Shown here: in pieces, positions 25,556 through 35,473 of the stretch | Position numbering within the stretch: position 1 is the first letter of the stretch | Layout of the letters: every line of letters starts with the position of its first letter | Source: a virus | Taxonomy: Duplodnaviria; Heunggongvirae; Uroviricota; Caudoviricetes | Virus record (IMG/VR): IMGVR_UViG_3300033121_000823 | Location: 19,348 to 83,347 of that record | Length of the DNA: 64,000 nucleotides | Reading direction: 5' to 3' (one strand) | The notes under the pieces: model-generated | Seen by the model: the letters and a program-made list of their open reading frames with translations, nothing else | Told to the model about the DNA's origin: nothing | Databases searched by the model: none | Program-made: the position numbers and the translations under genes

Positions 25556-27267
25556 TACTGTTTAACCTCATAGTTCTTATCTTCAATCCAACCTTCTGTT
25601 CCATCGGCTAGCTTAACTCTAAGCCATCCGGGTTGAGACTGTCCAGAATCTACAATTGCAGTAACTTTTGTACCGGCTTCAATTCGTTTGATAACGACCG
25701 TCCCCTCCTTATAAATATTACACCCATTCTTGATAATTCCAAGATAAGTGTCAAATTTTTCGGTAGTTATCTTGGTAAGACCGTTCAAAATAATCATCGT
25801 TTGTTGGAAAAGGCCGGGTACTCCATCAGTGTTTGCATCTTCCCACAAGTCACGCGGAATAGACTGCTTATTTGCAAGTAGTAATGATAGGCGGCCAGGA
25901 ATCTTATAATTGATATCCTGTAAACCTTCCTTACATTTATCATTCAATTCTTGTTCGGTTACTCCACATTCATGTGCAACCTGCTTAATATCTAATGGCT
26001 TATTATACCATTGGATTACACGATAGTAAGCCTTTAAGTTATCTTCAGGTGAAGTTCCATTACTTTTCTTCAATGCTTTTGCGTATAATTCTTGATTTTC
26101 CTTAACAGAATCTTCAAAGCGGTCAGACAGATAGGCCCTTTCAACTCTTAATTGGTCTGCCTTATCCTTATAGTATACTAAACCGCGACTCTTCAAATAT
26201 TCCTTAATAGTATTCTCTGATGGTAGTGGACCTACAGCATGACAATCAAAACATCCATGTGGAGTAATTACGCGGGCATCGCCTAAAACATCACTTAAAT
26301 GACGAACAATTGTAGCGTCAGCAAAATCAGCAAGATTTTCTTTTGCGTCATATAAATCATACGTCTGAAGCTTTAATTGATTAGTTGCGAATATTTCACC
26401 ACCATCAAAAGTGTCAGGTGGCTTACCACCAAATGATGGAAATCTCTCAATATAATCTCTATTACCAGCTTGAAATTTTACGTCATAAGTCTGATATAGC
26501 CAACCAAGTTCAGTTCTATAGCCAAATAAAATTCTATTATGTCTGGCTACATTCTGTGAGGCAGTTACTATAGTTGCAAACTCGTTACCAATTTCTCTAC
26601 TCTTAGCAATATCTGGAAGCCCCCAGGCTGCCCTAAAGTCTTGTACTGTCTTGGGTTGCGTAATATTTGCATACAATAATGTACGATATATTGAGATATT
26701 TTTAGGGTCTCTATCAGATTGCTTAGTTCCAAGGCTAGCATTATATACAAGCCAGTCAGCACGAACGACAGCATTGCCAGCCATAAGACGTAACAAAGCA
26801 TTATTTTCATGTTGGATGATTGGCTCTAACATATAACCGTCAAACTTAGTTATTGATTCCCAAGCTTCTGGTGTCCAATTATAATTTCTAATATCTATCC
26901 AATACATAGTGTCGGAAATTTTATTAAGCTCGCGTATTTTCTTAAAATCCCACGCTTTTTCTTCTTCGTCATATTCAGCTAATGCTAGAGGATAAAAACT
27001 TCCTGCCGATAGTGCTTCACCCTTAGTTGGACCACTCATAGAGTGTAATAGAAAAGAAAGTGTAGTAAGCATCGGCGGCCGCAATTCTTCCGGAACGGCA
27101 TAAGTTGTTATGCCGCGAATATATTGTCTATCTTCCGCCGGTTCATATTTTTGGAGAAATACTAAAAAGGATTCAACCTCAGAGTTTGGCGTCTTTAGTT
27201 TTTGTGGTTGCTCTTGGGCGAGTAAACTTCCGCCGATAAGTATAATTCCTACAAAGTATTTCCACAT
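25555..27267 (-). CDS. secreted 570-aa protein with CxxCH motif and C-terminal SH3b-like domain
   Basis: Signal peptide; HGCFDCHAVG; C-terminal GTKVTAIVDSGQSQPGWLRVKLADGTEGWI. Confidence 0.45.
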   Translation of the reverse strand: MWKYFVGIILIGGSLLAQEQPQKLKTPNSEVESFLVFLQKYEPAEDRQYIRGITTYAVPEELRPPMLTTLSFLLHSMSGPTKGEALSAGSFYPLALAEYDEEEKAWDFKKIRELNKISDTMYWIDIRNYNWTPEAWESITKFDGYMLEPIIQHENNALLRLMAGNAVVRADWLVYNASLGTKQSDRDPKNISIYRTLLYANITQPKTVQDFRAAWGLPDIAKSREIGNEFATIVTASQNVARHNRILFGYRTELGWLYQTYDVKFQAGNRDYIERFPSFGGKPPDTFDGGEIFATNQLKLQTYDLYDAKENLADFADATIVRHLSDVLGDARVITPHGCFDCHAVGPLPSENTIKEYLKSRGLVYYKDKADQLRVERAYLSDRFEDSVKENQELYAKALKKSNGTSPEDNLKAYYRVIQWYNKPLDIKQVAHECGVTEQELNDKCKEGLQDINYKIPGRLSLLLANKQSIPRDLWEDANTDGVPGLFQQTMIILNGLTKITTEKFDTYLGIIKNGCNIYKEGTVVIKRIEAGTKVTAIVDSGQSQPGWLRVKLADGTEGWIEDKNYEVKQ

Positions 27268-27280
27268 GTTTCTTTTCCTA

Positions 27281-28147
27281 TTAACTTATTTTAGATATAC
27301 GATATCCAGGAATTTCTATTTTAGAAATTTGTCCACTTAAAATAATCGTAGTATTTCCTGTTGGAATTGGCGTTGGTGTTGGGTCAGGCTTTGGATTAAC
27401 TTGTGTTGGTGGCCCATATCTTAAGTCATTCAACTGTCTAATATCTTCTTTCATAGGCTTATTAATTGACGGATTGTAAAATGGGTTAATTAGGCTATTT
27501 GGAACGCTTACGTGAGATACACCAATACCATGCATCGTTTCATGACATACTACATTCTCTAAATATATTCCTCGGCCATTTTTTCCAAATGGAATCCATG
27601 TTTCATCTAAGTCAAATTTACCAAATAGCTGTCCTCTATATGAGGAAGAGGATGGTAATTGAAACCAAGCTAGTGTTCCACTAGACCCATCAAAATCATC
27701 TTGGCGACCTCTACCAACATCATATACTAAATTTGCTTCATTAGCAGATGAAACTTTTATAAAGGTTAAACCGCATACAGCACTAATATTATCTAGTGCA
27801 ACCCTAATAGTTTGTTCCCAATCTTCGCGAGACATTTCTTCATCATATCCACTTATACAATAAGTAAGAGTTTTCATGCCCCATTTTGGGACAGAGCCAG
27901 CCTCCTCAATTAAAAATTCATGGTCGGGCAATGAACATCTTGGAGATTCCATCGCACGTACTAATTTACCATCAATAGTTTCACTTGAAAAGTCTAAACC
28001 GGCAGTCTTTTTAAGACGTATAATGCCGCTCGCAATATCTTCGAGCGAAAATGTATCCTTAATATAACCATACTTCTTCAAATATGTATATACTCTTGAA
28101 ACATCTAAATCCTTATTAGATAAGAACTTACTAATTTTATCTAGCAT
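27281..28147 (-). CDS. zinc metalloprotease (zincin HExxHxxGxxH)
   Basis: VVCHETMHGIGVSH motif; Pro/Thr linker then C-terminal domain. Confidence 0.55.
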   Translation of the reverse strand: MLDKISKFLSNKDLDVSRVYTYLKKYGYIKDTFSLEDIASGIIRLKKTAGLDFSSETIDGKLVRAMESPRCSLPDHEFLIEEAGSVPKWGMKTLTYCISGYDEEMSREDWEQTIRVALDNISAVCGLTFIKVSSANEANLVYDVGRGRQDDFDGSSGTLAWFQLPSSSSYRGQLFGKFDLDETWIPFGKNGRGIYLENVVCHETMHGIGVSHVSVPNSLINPFYNPSINKPMKEDIRQLNDLRYGPPTQVNPKPDPTPTPIPTGNTTIILSGQISKIEIPGYRISKIS

Positions 28148-28159
28148 AGAATTCTCCTA

Positions 28160-28186
28160 TAAAAAAAGCCCACAATTAGTGGGCTT
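28160..28186 (-). terminator. intrinsic terminator after 28206..28757
   Basis: AGCCCAC-AATTA-GTGGGCT hairpin followed by TTTTTTT on the minus strand. Confidence 0.5.
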
Positions 28187-28205
28187 TGGATACACTCAGT
28201 TTAAA

Positions 28206-28757
28206 TTATGGATTTGTTCGTGGTTTGTAATTGTCATTTACTGGAAGCGGAGCACCAGTCTTATACGTTAATTCACCTGGAACATCATTTGTACTATATA
28301 GAACTGCATGGTCAGCACCAAAGTCAACTGAATCTCCAGCATTAGCACCCTTAGTTACAGCTCCAGTAACAGCATTCCAAGAATCTTCATCTAATCTTCT
28401 TGTTGTTGTTAAAGAGTTTACACTCCGAGCACCGCCAAAGTCAGACCCGCCAGATAGTAAAACTGTATTTGCTGTTCCATTGATAGTAGTTGCCAATTTC
28501 TTAGCAATGTATACACCAGGAGTATTACCCTTATTAAAAGTTCCATTTGTTAACCCTTTAAAAGTACCAAGATTTCCGCTTGAAGTTGGAGATACAGCTA
28601 ATACTACTTTTGAGCCATACGATACCTCTCCAGATACATTATCTCTTAGAGTTCTAGCATTTACGGCTAAGTCTGCATTTGCAACCTCACCAGCCTTTAC
28701 GATGGTACATCCATTATTCTTTTGAGGATTACCACTAATTGCTTTTGTAACAGTCAT
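28206..28757 (-). CDS. hypothetical Gly/Thr/Asn-rich protein
   Basis: 183 aa; composition resembles structural or adhesin-like proteins. Confidence 0.35.
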   Translation of the reverse strand: MTVTKAISGNPQKNNGCTIVKAGEVANADLAVNARTLRDNVSGEVSYGSKVVLAVSPTSSGNLGTFKGLTNGTFNKGNTPGVYIAKKLATTINGTANTVLLSGGSDFGGARSVNSLTTTRRLDEDSWNAVTGAVTKGANAGDSVDFGADHAVLYSTNDVPGELTYKTGAPLPVNDNYKPRTNP

Positions 28758-28824
28758 TTATTTTCTCCCGATTGGGACATTCCTAAAATCCACGCATTGT
28801 CCTATCCAACTATATATACACCTT

Positions 28825-29283
28825 TTAGGAATTTTTAATCTTATTCACGAGAGATATAACTCTTAGTCGCATACCTTCAGTCGTTATTCCATAAATCTTA
28901 CTAAGTTCTGCATTCGTATATTTCATGACAAACCGTTCATTAAACAATTTCTTTTCTTCTGCTGATAATCCATCTAAAATATCTATTATTTCTGTAGAAA
29001 AATCCTTAAAGGAAATATCAATATACTCATCAATATTTTTGTCATGCGGTTTATAGTAAGTTACATAAATGTTATAACACTCCCATTTTATCCTCATAGT
29101 AAGGTACGTCTTAAATGACATACCCCTATCATTCTTAAAATGTGCAAGCGCATTCATAAGTCCTATCATACCAGCACTTTTTCGTTCTTCTGGAGATAAG
29201 TTTTTTCCAAAAAATCTAGTTACTGATTCAATAGTATGTTTATTCTCAGAATACTTTGATTCGAAAGTAGTATTATCTATCAT
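28825..29283 (-). CDS. sigma-70 family sigma factor (regions 2 and 4)
   Basis: Region 2-like GMIGLMNALAHFKNDRGMSFKTYLTMRI; region 4 HTH LSAEEKKLFNERFVMKYTNAELSKIYGITTEGMRLRV. Confidence 0.6.
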   Translation of the reverse strand: MIDNTTFESKYSENKHTIESVTRFFGKNLSPEERKSAGMIGLMNALAHFKNDRGMSFKTYLTMRIKWECYNIYVTYYKPHDKNIDEYIDISFKDFSTEIIDILDGLSAEEKKLFNERFVMKYTNAELSKIYGITTEGMRLRVISLVNKIKNS

Positions 29284-29924
29284 ATTAGATTACATTTCGT
29301 TTTAGAAGTTAAAAATATACCATTACTAAACTGATATGCAGTAAGGAGTTCCGATTTTTTCTCCTCATACATTATATCGTTTGATATATTCGTTCCCGTA
29401 TAATCATACGAGGCATTTGGAAAAATATAGATGCACCAATCCTTAAAATTAGACTTAAGCGTATCTAGTATTTCCGATAACATCTTTCCATCTTTTAATG
29501 GAATATTCTTAACCTCTAATCCACATACTCTCTGTTGAATATCTAGTTTTACTTGTGTCGTATCAAATAGACTTCCAATAGCAATTATAAATCTATACCT
29601 AGAGATTATTCTTAATACTTCAACACCAGGAGTTTTCTTTATAGTCTCTCTAGAAACTTCACCAATTGAAAAGTTAGTATGACCCATCCAGAATTTAAAT
29701 TGTTTCATTGGATGCAGCGTATCATCAATCTTCCATAGTCCAAATGGAGTCATTGACATCTCTTGAACTGGAATCATATCATCAAGTTGAAGTAAGGTAT
29801 CTTCTTCAGCCGTAGAAAAATCAGACTTTTCTTCTTTTAATAAGGTATTTTTAATTGGACTATAGTCATAGTGCATACTTTCCCAGTGAATTTTACGTTC
29901 CATCTGTTTTTCCTCCAGTAGCAA
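29280..29924 (-). CDS. hypothetical protein
   Basis: 214 aa ORF between sigma-like genes. Confidence 0.4.
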   Translation of the reverse strand: MLLEEKQMERKIHWESMHYDYSPIKNTLLKEEKSDFSTAEEDTLLQLDDMIPVQEMSMTPFGLWKIDDTLHPMKQFKFWMGHTNFSIGEVSRETIKKTPGVEVLRIISRYRFIIAIGSLFDTTQVKLDIQQRVCGLEVKNIPLKDGKMLSEILDTLKSNFKDWCIYIFPNASYDYTGTNISNDIMYEEKKSELLTAYQFSNGIFLTSKTKCNLI

Positions 29925-30228
29925 AAACTAGCTCAGGGTCAACTATTGGAACCTCTTCACCATTTTCATCTTGATTAATATACTTCTTCTGTTCTTCTAT
30001 TAGGCTATATACGTCTAGCAATACATCTGAAAGAGTTTTCACAACTACAACTTTTAATGCTTTTAATTGTTTCGTATCTACTTTATCAGCGGCGGCCGTA
30101 TATACATCAGTAAGTAGTGACGTATTCATAATACGTCTTAGGGCATTACCAAACTTATCTATATCGGTAAACTCTACATCTATCATTATATTGTCTATAT
30201 CTTCAAAGTCAAATGTAATTTTATTCAT
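29893..30228 (-). CDS. hypothetical acidic protein
   Basis: 111 aa ORF. Confidence 0.35.
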   Translation of the reverse strand: MNKITFDFEDIDNIMIDVEFTDIDKFGNALRRIMNTSLLTDVYTAAADKVDTKQLKALKVVVVKTLSDVLLDVYSLIEEQKKYINQDENGEEVPIVDPELVFATGGKTDGT

Positions 30229-30766
30229 TGGCTTCCTTTATCTTATCCAGGCTCTTATTAATTATAACTGAAACCCTGTTTTTTGAAATGTTATATTTCG
30301 TAGCAATTTCAGACATAGTAGCATTATCGAAAAAATACATACGAATCATTTCTTGGTCTCTATCAGATAGAGACGAATTATTAAGTAAATAGTCAATATA
30401 TTCTCTATCTATAATAGATTTCACATCACTACTTTTCGCTTCTAAAAAGTTATATAAGTTTGTATTTTCACTTAATTCAAAGTCAAGACTCTTTATTAAA
30501 CAATCTTTATACTTAACGTATTCAGACTTTATGTTTTTTACAGCAAATTTATAGTTTAGATTTCTATAAGCATCTCTATCTGCCGATTTTTCTGGGTCAT
30601 ATCTTTTATCGGCCATCATTCCATAATATGCAACGTATGCAATAGCATCACTATCCTTACTTCTTATATTACAATATTTCCTTAAAAAATTTCTAGCATC
30701 TCTTAAATACTGCTTTAGTGGAAGGTACTGACTACACATCTTAATATACTTGCACTCCTGTCCCAT
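30221..30766 (-). CDS. second sigma-70 family-like protein
   Basis: Region 4 HTH LSDRDQEMIRMYFFDNATMSEIATKYNISKNRVSVIINKSLDKIKE; weaker region 2. Confidence 0.45.
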   Translation of the reverse strand: MGQECKYIKMCSQYLPLKQYLRDARNFLRKYCNIRSKDSDAIAYVAYYGMMADKRYDPEKSADRDAYRNLNYKFAVKNIKSEYVKYKDCLIKSLDFELSENTNLYNFLEAKSSDVKSIIDREYIDYLLNNSSLSDRDQEMIRMYFFDNATMSEIATKYNISKNRVSVIINKSLDKIKEANE

Positions 30767-31761
30767 GTCAACGGGGGTGGTTGAATAGTTTTCGGATTTT
30801 TGTAAAAATTACGCATCAACTCGACCGTCGCATCAAAATCCGGCTCTACCCATTCCCCCTGGCCAAAAAACCATTTTCCATCCTGTGCTATTACCTTCTT
30901 GGTATATGGAATAGCATATTCCTTTAATACAAATTCAGACTGACCGGCATAATCTGTCATAATAACAGGCTTTCCACAGCCCATCATTTCACACGCTTCC
31001 AAATTCCAACCTTCGGCACGCGAAGGAAATATTCCACAATCAGCATGTCTCATTAAGTTTGCTACATCTGAATCAGTAGCTAAACGTGGAATTATCTTTA
31101 TTTTATGTCCAAGCTTGGAAGCTTTATACTTTTTCTCCCACTCTTTATTCTTCTCATCGGAATAAAAAGGATTATGGTTACACATTAATAATTCAACATC
31201 ATCTTTATCAGTGAATGCAGCATTAAAAATGTCAACTAATATATCGTGTCCCTTTCTTATTTCCCACTTCCCCATGTTAAGAAAGCGTACACGCCCTATC
31301 GGGCGGTTAATAGGGAAAAAATGTTCATTATAGCCGAGTGGCACAATGCTACTATTTATTCCATACTTAAGAAGTACTTGGGCCGCCCACGCTGAGCATA
31401 CTATATTGTGGTCACACCTTCCTAGTAAATTCGCTTCCTTCTCTGTTAGTCTATCTAGTTCAAATATAGACCAGCCAATATGGGCACCTTTTCCAACAAA
31501 CATTGACATATCAAATTGATGCCAAAGTCTTACACAGGGTGCGTTTACATCATATGTATCTGCCCTTCTAATCATATCGGCCATTTCAGACTTTTTATAT
31601 AATGGGACTTCTGGCTGACCAATTGGAAATAATGCTACTTCTTCAAGTCTATTATAGGCAGACGCGATTTCTGTTCCTACACGACCATATCCTAATGTAT
31701 TTATCGGTGCTATAAAATTTAAGCTCATCCACCAGCTCCCCATAGTGCATAAACGCGGCAC
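30715..31761 (-). CDS. GT-B fold group-1 (GT4-like) glycosyltransferase
   Basis: FPSRAEGWNLEACEMMGCGKPVIMTD is the EX7E motif region. Confidence 0.55.
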   Translation of the reverse strand: MPRLCTMGSWWMSLNFIAPINTLGYGRVGTEIASAYNRLEEVALFPIGQPEVPLYKKSEMADMIRRADTYDVNAPCVRLWHQFDMSMFVGKGAHIGWSIFELDRLTEKEANLLGRCDHNIVCSAWAAQVLLKYGINSSIVPLGYNEHFFPINRPIGRVRFLNMGKWEIRKGHDILVDIFNAAFTDKDDVELLMCNHNPFYSDEKNKEWEKKYKASKLGHKIKIIPRLATDSDVANLMRHADCGIFPSRAEGWNLEACEMMGCGKPVIMTDYAGQSEFVLKEYAIPYTKKVIAQDGKWFFGQGEWVEPDFDATVELMRNFYKNPKTIQPPPLTWDRSASILRCVVSTFH

Positions 31762-32273
31762 TTAGTAAAATCTGTAAGTGTAACATTTAACACATTAATT
31801 CCGTAATCTTGTAATTCTTTTCTAAGAAGGTCAGTTAATACTTCATCAAAGTCCTCGTGAGATTCCTTAATATCTGTGTAAGTCATACTAGACATCGCAT
31901 TTTTAATTGCGGCGAGTGCAAAATCTTTTACAGTATCATCATACTCAAATGATTCGGTGAGAAGTTTTACTACATCAGAAACTTCATAAACTACTATACC
32001 ACTTACACCTACAGCAATATCATCCTTAGTAGTAACGTACTGTGCAACCAAGTTTACTGTTTGGCGTTTTACTGGCACTACTTCTACCTCAGTAACTATA
32101 GGCCAGTAAAAGTGTACGCCAGTCTTAAAAATACCATTTTCGGCCGACATTAGTTGCGGATATCTACCACTCCTAAAGCGAACACCAGAATGAGTACTCC
32201 TAACAATCTTAATATGAGGTATAAAAGAAAGTATTGCATCGAAAAATTGTCCTATCCAGTTTAATGCTTCCAT
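31725..32273 (-). CDS. hypothetical protein (possible SPFH-like)
   Basis: 182 aa; weak band-7-like beta-rich pattern. Confidence 0.25.
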   Translation of the reverse strand: MEALNWIGQFFDAILSFIPHIKIVRSTHSGVRFRSGRYPQLMSAENGIFKTGVHFYWPIVTEVEVVPVKRQTVNLVAQYVTTKDDIAVGVSGIVVYEVSDVVKLLTESFEYDDTVKDFALAAIKNAMSSMTYTDIKESHEDFDEVLTDLLRKELQDYGINVLNVTLTDFTKCRVYALWGAGG

Positions 32274-32763
32274 TTATACCTCCAGTGGACCATGCGGATA
32301 ATGAGTCCGCGTCCTTAACGGCTTATAAAAAGCTTCTACACGCTTATTAGGGTGTATTCGGAAACCCCAAGAACCTATGATGTTATAACTTTTCCTCTAT
32401 TACATCCATTTTGAGTTAAGCACAGACTAATCAGTAGTCTGACAGAGTAATATCATTACCATAGATTTGTTTTTCCGGTAAATCACACCGTCTGCAATTA
32501 AGCAGCCAAGGCTAGCGAAGCTTTGCCAGTTAAAAAATTTTGCCTAATTTTTACGTAGATAAGACTTCTACGGCGTGCTACTTAGTACTAAGTAACGTAA
32601 GTCGATTCAATTTATGGCCCATGTAATTTTTGGTTCTATAATCTTAGTTTCTTGTCCACATGATGGACACCTATGAATATATACGCCAGTAATAACTATA
32701 TGCATTGGTGGATTATGTGATGGATGAGTACATATATCCTTAATCCATGTTCCATTTTCTGTT

Positions 32764-33573
32764 TCATTGTACATAGTAATGTCCATTATAAAGTGCTATT
32801 AGAGAAGGATTTACGATGATTTTATATCCCATAAAACGTATCTGATTACATACGGAAATATGTTCACAATCTTCATTAGAATATTTAATGAAATTCTTTG
32901 TAAATAGCAATCCTCTGTATATTGACATGCCTCCAAAGGCAGCTTTTACTTCATAATGAGGCTGCCCACGCTTTAAGTCTAGAAGATTATAGTTATCTCC
33001 TTTTTCTTCTAAAGGACGGTATGTCCAACTATCATAGTATACCTTTGATTTTGAACCATCATCAAGTTTGGAATATAGTAGACCGTTAGCAGTTACAGCC
33101 CCAAAATCCTTATAAATATGAAGTAATCCAAATGAGTGGAATAACCCTTCATACGAAAAGCCGCCCTTAATGTCGAAGTCATAGACTATTGTATAGTCAT
33201 ATGGAATATCTGGAACGTACTTATTACGCATGTCTGCCATAGCAGTTCTACGTAACAAACCTTTACCGGTCATTTTTGGCGTTCCGATATTATACGACTG
33301 ACCAAGTTGGTTATTTAAGATATATTCCCGCGTTCCATCAAAAGAATCGTTCTCAACAATATCAAAAGTAATATCTATGTTTAGTGCTTTAAACCTTTCA
33401 ACATTGTCATGTAATTCTTTTATACAATCTCTTGCTAGTCCACATACTAAGATTTTTGGTCTAGTGGTATATAAATATGTATACCCGGCATTTAAAATAG
33501 CTGAATATTCTAATATATTTTGTGGAGGAAACATAGATTCTGGAAACTGTATTCCAAAATAATTAATCTGCAT
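32764..33573 (-). CDS. hypothetical protein, possible nucleotide-sugar transferase
   Basis: 269 aa; weak GT-A-like features. Confidence 0.2.
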   Translation of the reverse strand: MQINYFGIQFPESMFPPQNILEYSAILNAGYTYLYTTRPKILVCGLARDCIKELHDNVERFKALNIDITFDIVENDSFDGTREYILNNQLGQSYNIGTPKMTGKGLLRRTAMADMRNKYVPDIPYDYTIVYDFDIKGGFSYEGLFHSFGLLHIYKDFGAVTANGLLYSKLDDGSKSKVYYDSWTYRPLEEKGDNYNLLDLKRGQPHYEVKAAFGGMSIYRGLLFTKNFIKYSNEDCEHISVCNQIRFMGYKIIVNPSLIALYNGHYYVQ

Positions 33574-34120
33574 ATATTTTATCCATATTGAAGAATCTCC
33601 AGCCTCTATCGTTTATTGTGCCATCATCAATATTATCTAAATATTCTAACATTTCGTTAAATGTTGAAAAAAATCTTTCGTGTGGTAAAATTCCATATAG
33701 CCAAGGTGGAATATTATCCTTACCCTGCTTACATACAATAAGACATGGCTTTTTCTGTTGACTAGCAACAATTAATTCATGATATGTCCCGCACATATGA
33801 CATTCTTTATTAACGAGTACTATTAGAAAATGTGCCGCGTCAACCATTGCAAGGTCGGCCCTAACAATTTCTTTCATAGTTTCATGAAGTTTATCATACT
33901 GTTTTTTCTCTATTAACTCTTTTCTAAATAATACAAATTTTTCATCTTCATTTAGAGCTGGATTATTAATGGTACTCTTATCTAGTGGATTTAAAATGCC
34001 GACTCCATATGTTCTTAAATATGAATCTACTAATATTCTCCAACTCTTTCCTCTGTCCTTACAATCATCAATTGGTCCTGCAAGATATGCTATTTGCCCT
34101 TTGAGTTTTCCCATATCCAC
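33563..34120 (-). CDS. nucleoside 2-deoxyribosyltransferase-like protein
   Basis: GQIAYLAGPIDDC core typical of PF05014. Confidence 0.5.
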   Translation of the reverse strand: MDMGKLKGQIAYLAGPIDDCKDRGKSWRILVDSYLRTYGVGILNPLDKSTINNPALNEDEKFVLFRKELIEKKQYDKLHETMKEIVRADLAMVDAAHFLIVLVNKECHMCGTYHELIVASQQKKPCLIVCKQGKDNIPPWLYGILPHERFFSTFNEMLEYLDNIDDGTINDRGWRFFNMDKIYAD

Positions 34121-34305
34121 TCCTGTTTATTCTTTTCTAGTGCTGATTTACACTTATCTTCAATACGAGCAAAGAAATAACCAATCATCCAATGATATCT
34201 TTTCATATTAAAATTCTCAATATCATGTGATGATTCATGAGGACAATCCTCACTATCTAATCCATCATAATATGCATTATAGCCAGCCTTGTGAGTTTTG
34301 TTCAT
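34090..34305 (-). CDS. hypothetical small protein
   Basis: 71 aa ORF. Confidence 0.3.
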   Translation of the reverse strand: MNKTHKAGYNAYYDGLDSEDCPHESSHDIENFNMKRYHWMIGYFFARIEDKCKSALEKNKQEWIWENSKGK

Positions 34306-34393
34306 AGGTTCCTTTCATATTGGAAAATAGTTTTATAGTTGGCCGTCCGATTTTGCTTCGGATTAATCGTCTAGAACGGCCAATCTTTTGATA
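34306..34393 (-). promoter_or_regulatory. nested hairpin element in rIIB-downstream intergenic region
   Basis: GGCCGT...ACGGCC outer stem enclosing TCCGA-TTTTGCT-TCGGA. Confidence 0.25.
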
Positions 34394-35443
34394 TTAGAAC
34401 TTTGCAACACCTAGTGGTATTGATTGAATATCATAAATATAATCAGTCTTAAACGACCGATAATTGCCTGCTGACTTATCATCTGAAGTCATGTAGAAGG
34501 TAAATACATCACAATCCTCATTATCGTGTAGAACACCGCACCGTGTTTCTTCCTCGCCGTCTTCCTTAACATATGTAAAGGAATAGTGCTTGTTAAGAGT
34601 CATATCATCTGTAGTCAACTCTTCTACGTATTCAGACTCGTCTACTACGGTAATATCCTTAGTATCGTAATCATCGCCAACATTACCACTATAAACTGGA
34701 GCGTTTAACGGAGCCTTATAATCTCCAACTACAGTATATGCACAAGTTCTCAACTTTTGGCAGTTATGGTCATTAGGAACACTAACAACATCCTCAGGAG
34801 CAACCTTACAGATGATTACCTTATCTCCACTGGAATGATACCAGCCGGTAGGCCCACTGTAAGCTAACGCTCCAACGTGGAAACCTTGTGAACAATGTCT
34901 TGTGAAGTCATCATCCACTTCATTACGCGGCATACGCATAGTAGCTCCAGGCTTATTATCATAAGTTCCTGAATACTTATCTAAGTAGTTTCCACGAACT
35001 GACTTATATGCTAGAAAGCATCCATCCTCAGTTAACATTAATCCATTTACTTCCAAGAAGCCCCACAATTCCTTCACACTTCGTGAAGATGGATTTTGTA
35101 GAAGCCGCTCGAAGAACTTTACCAAAGGAGTAAAGTCGAAACCGTTAGCCATCATTGACATGATAGCCTTAGAGACGCTATTACTTACAGGATTTCCGTC
35201 AACATAAACTCCTGTGGAATCTACAGTTACACGGTCTAACGTCCCAATTCTTTGGTTTACTACTTTCGCGACCTCTTTTACGGTGTCTAAATTCTTCAAG
35301 AAAAGGTCTGCATCCTTTTCATTAAAAGCCTTCCGTAGGACCGCATATTGCGGATGGTCCTTAGCAACTGTATATGCTGAACCATCAACAAGAACATTCA
35401 AAGTACCATCACCAATAACCTGACGACCAATCATTCTACTCAT
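34394..35443 (-). CDS. rIIB: rIIB
   Basis: FLAYKSVRGNYLDKYSGTYDNKPGATMRMPRNEVDDDFTRHCSQGFHV aligns with T4 rIIB FYAWKVVRSNYFDCHSNTFDNSPGKVVSMPRNSVNDDDTQTCSRGLHV. Confidence 0.8.
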   Translation of the reverse strand: MSRMIGRQVIGDGTLNVLVDGSAYTVAKDHPQYAVLRKAFNEKDADLFLKNLDTVKEVAKVVNQRIGTLDRVTVDSTGVYVDGNPVSNSVSKAIMSMMANGFDFTPLVKFFERLLQNPSSRSVKELWGFLEVNGLMLTEDGCFLAYKSVRGNYLDKYSGTYDNKPGATMRMPRNEVDDDFTRHCSQGFHVGALAYSGPTGWYHSSGDKVIICKVAPEDVVSVPNDHNCQKLRTCAYTVVGDYKAPLNAPVYSGNVGDDYDTKDITVVDESEYVEELTTDDMTLNKHYSFTYVKEDGEEETRCGVLHDNEDCDVFTFYMTSDDKSAGNYRSFKTDYIYDIQSIPLGVAKF

Positions 35444-35473
35444 AAATTTTCTCCAAATAAAAAAAAACGAAAT

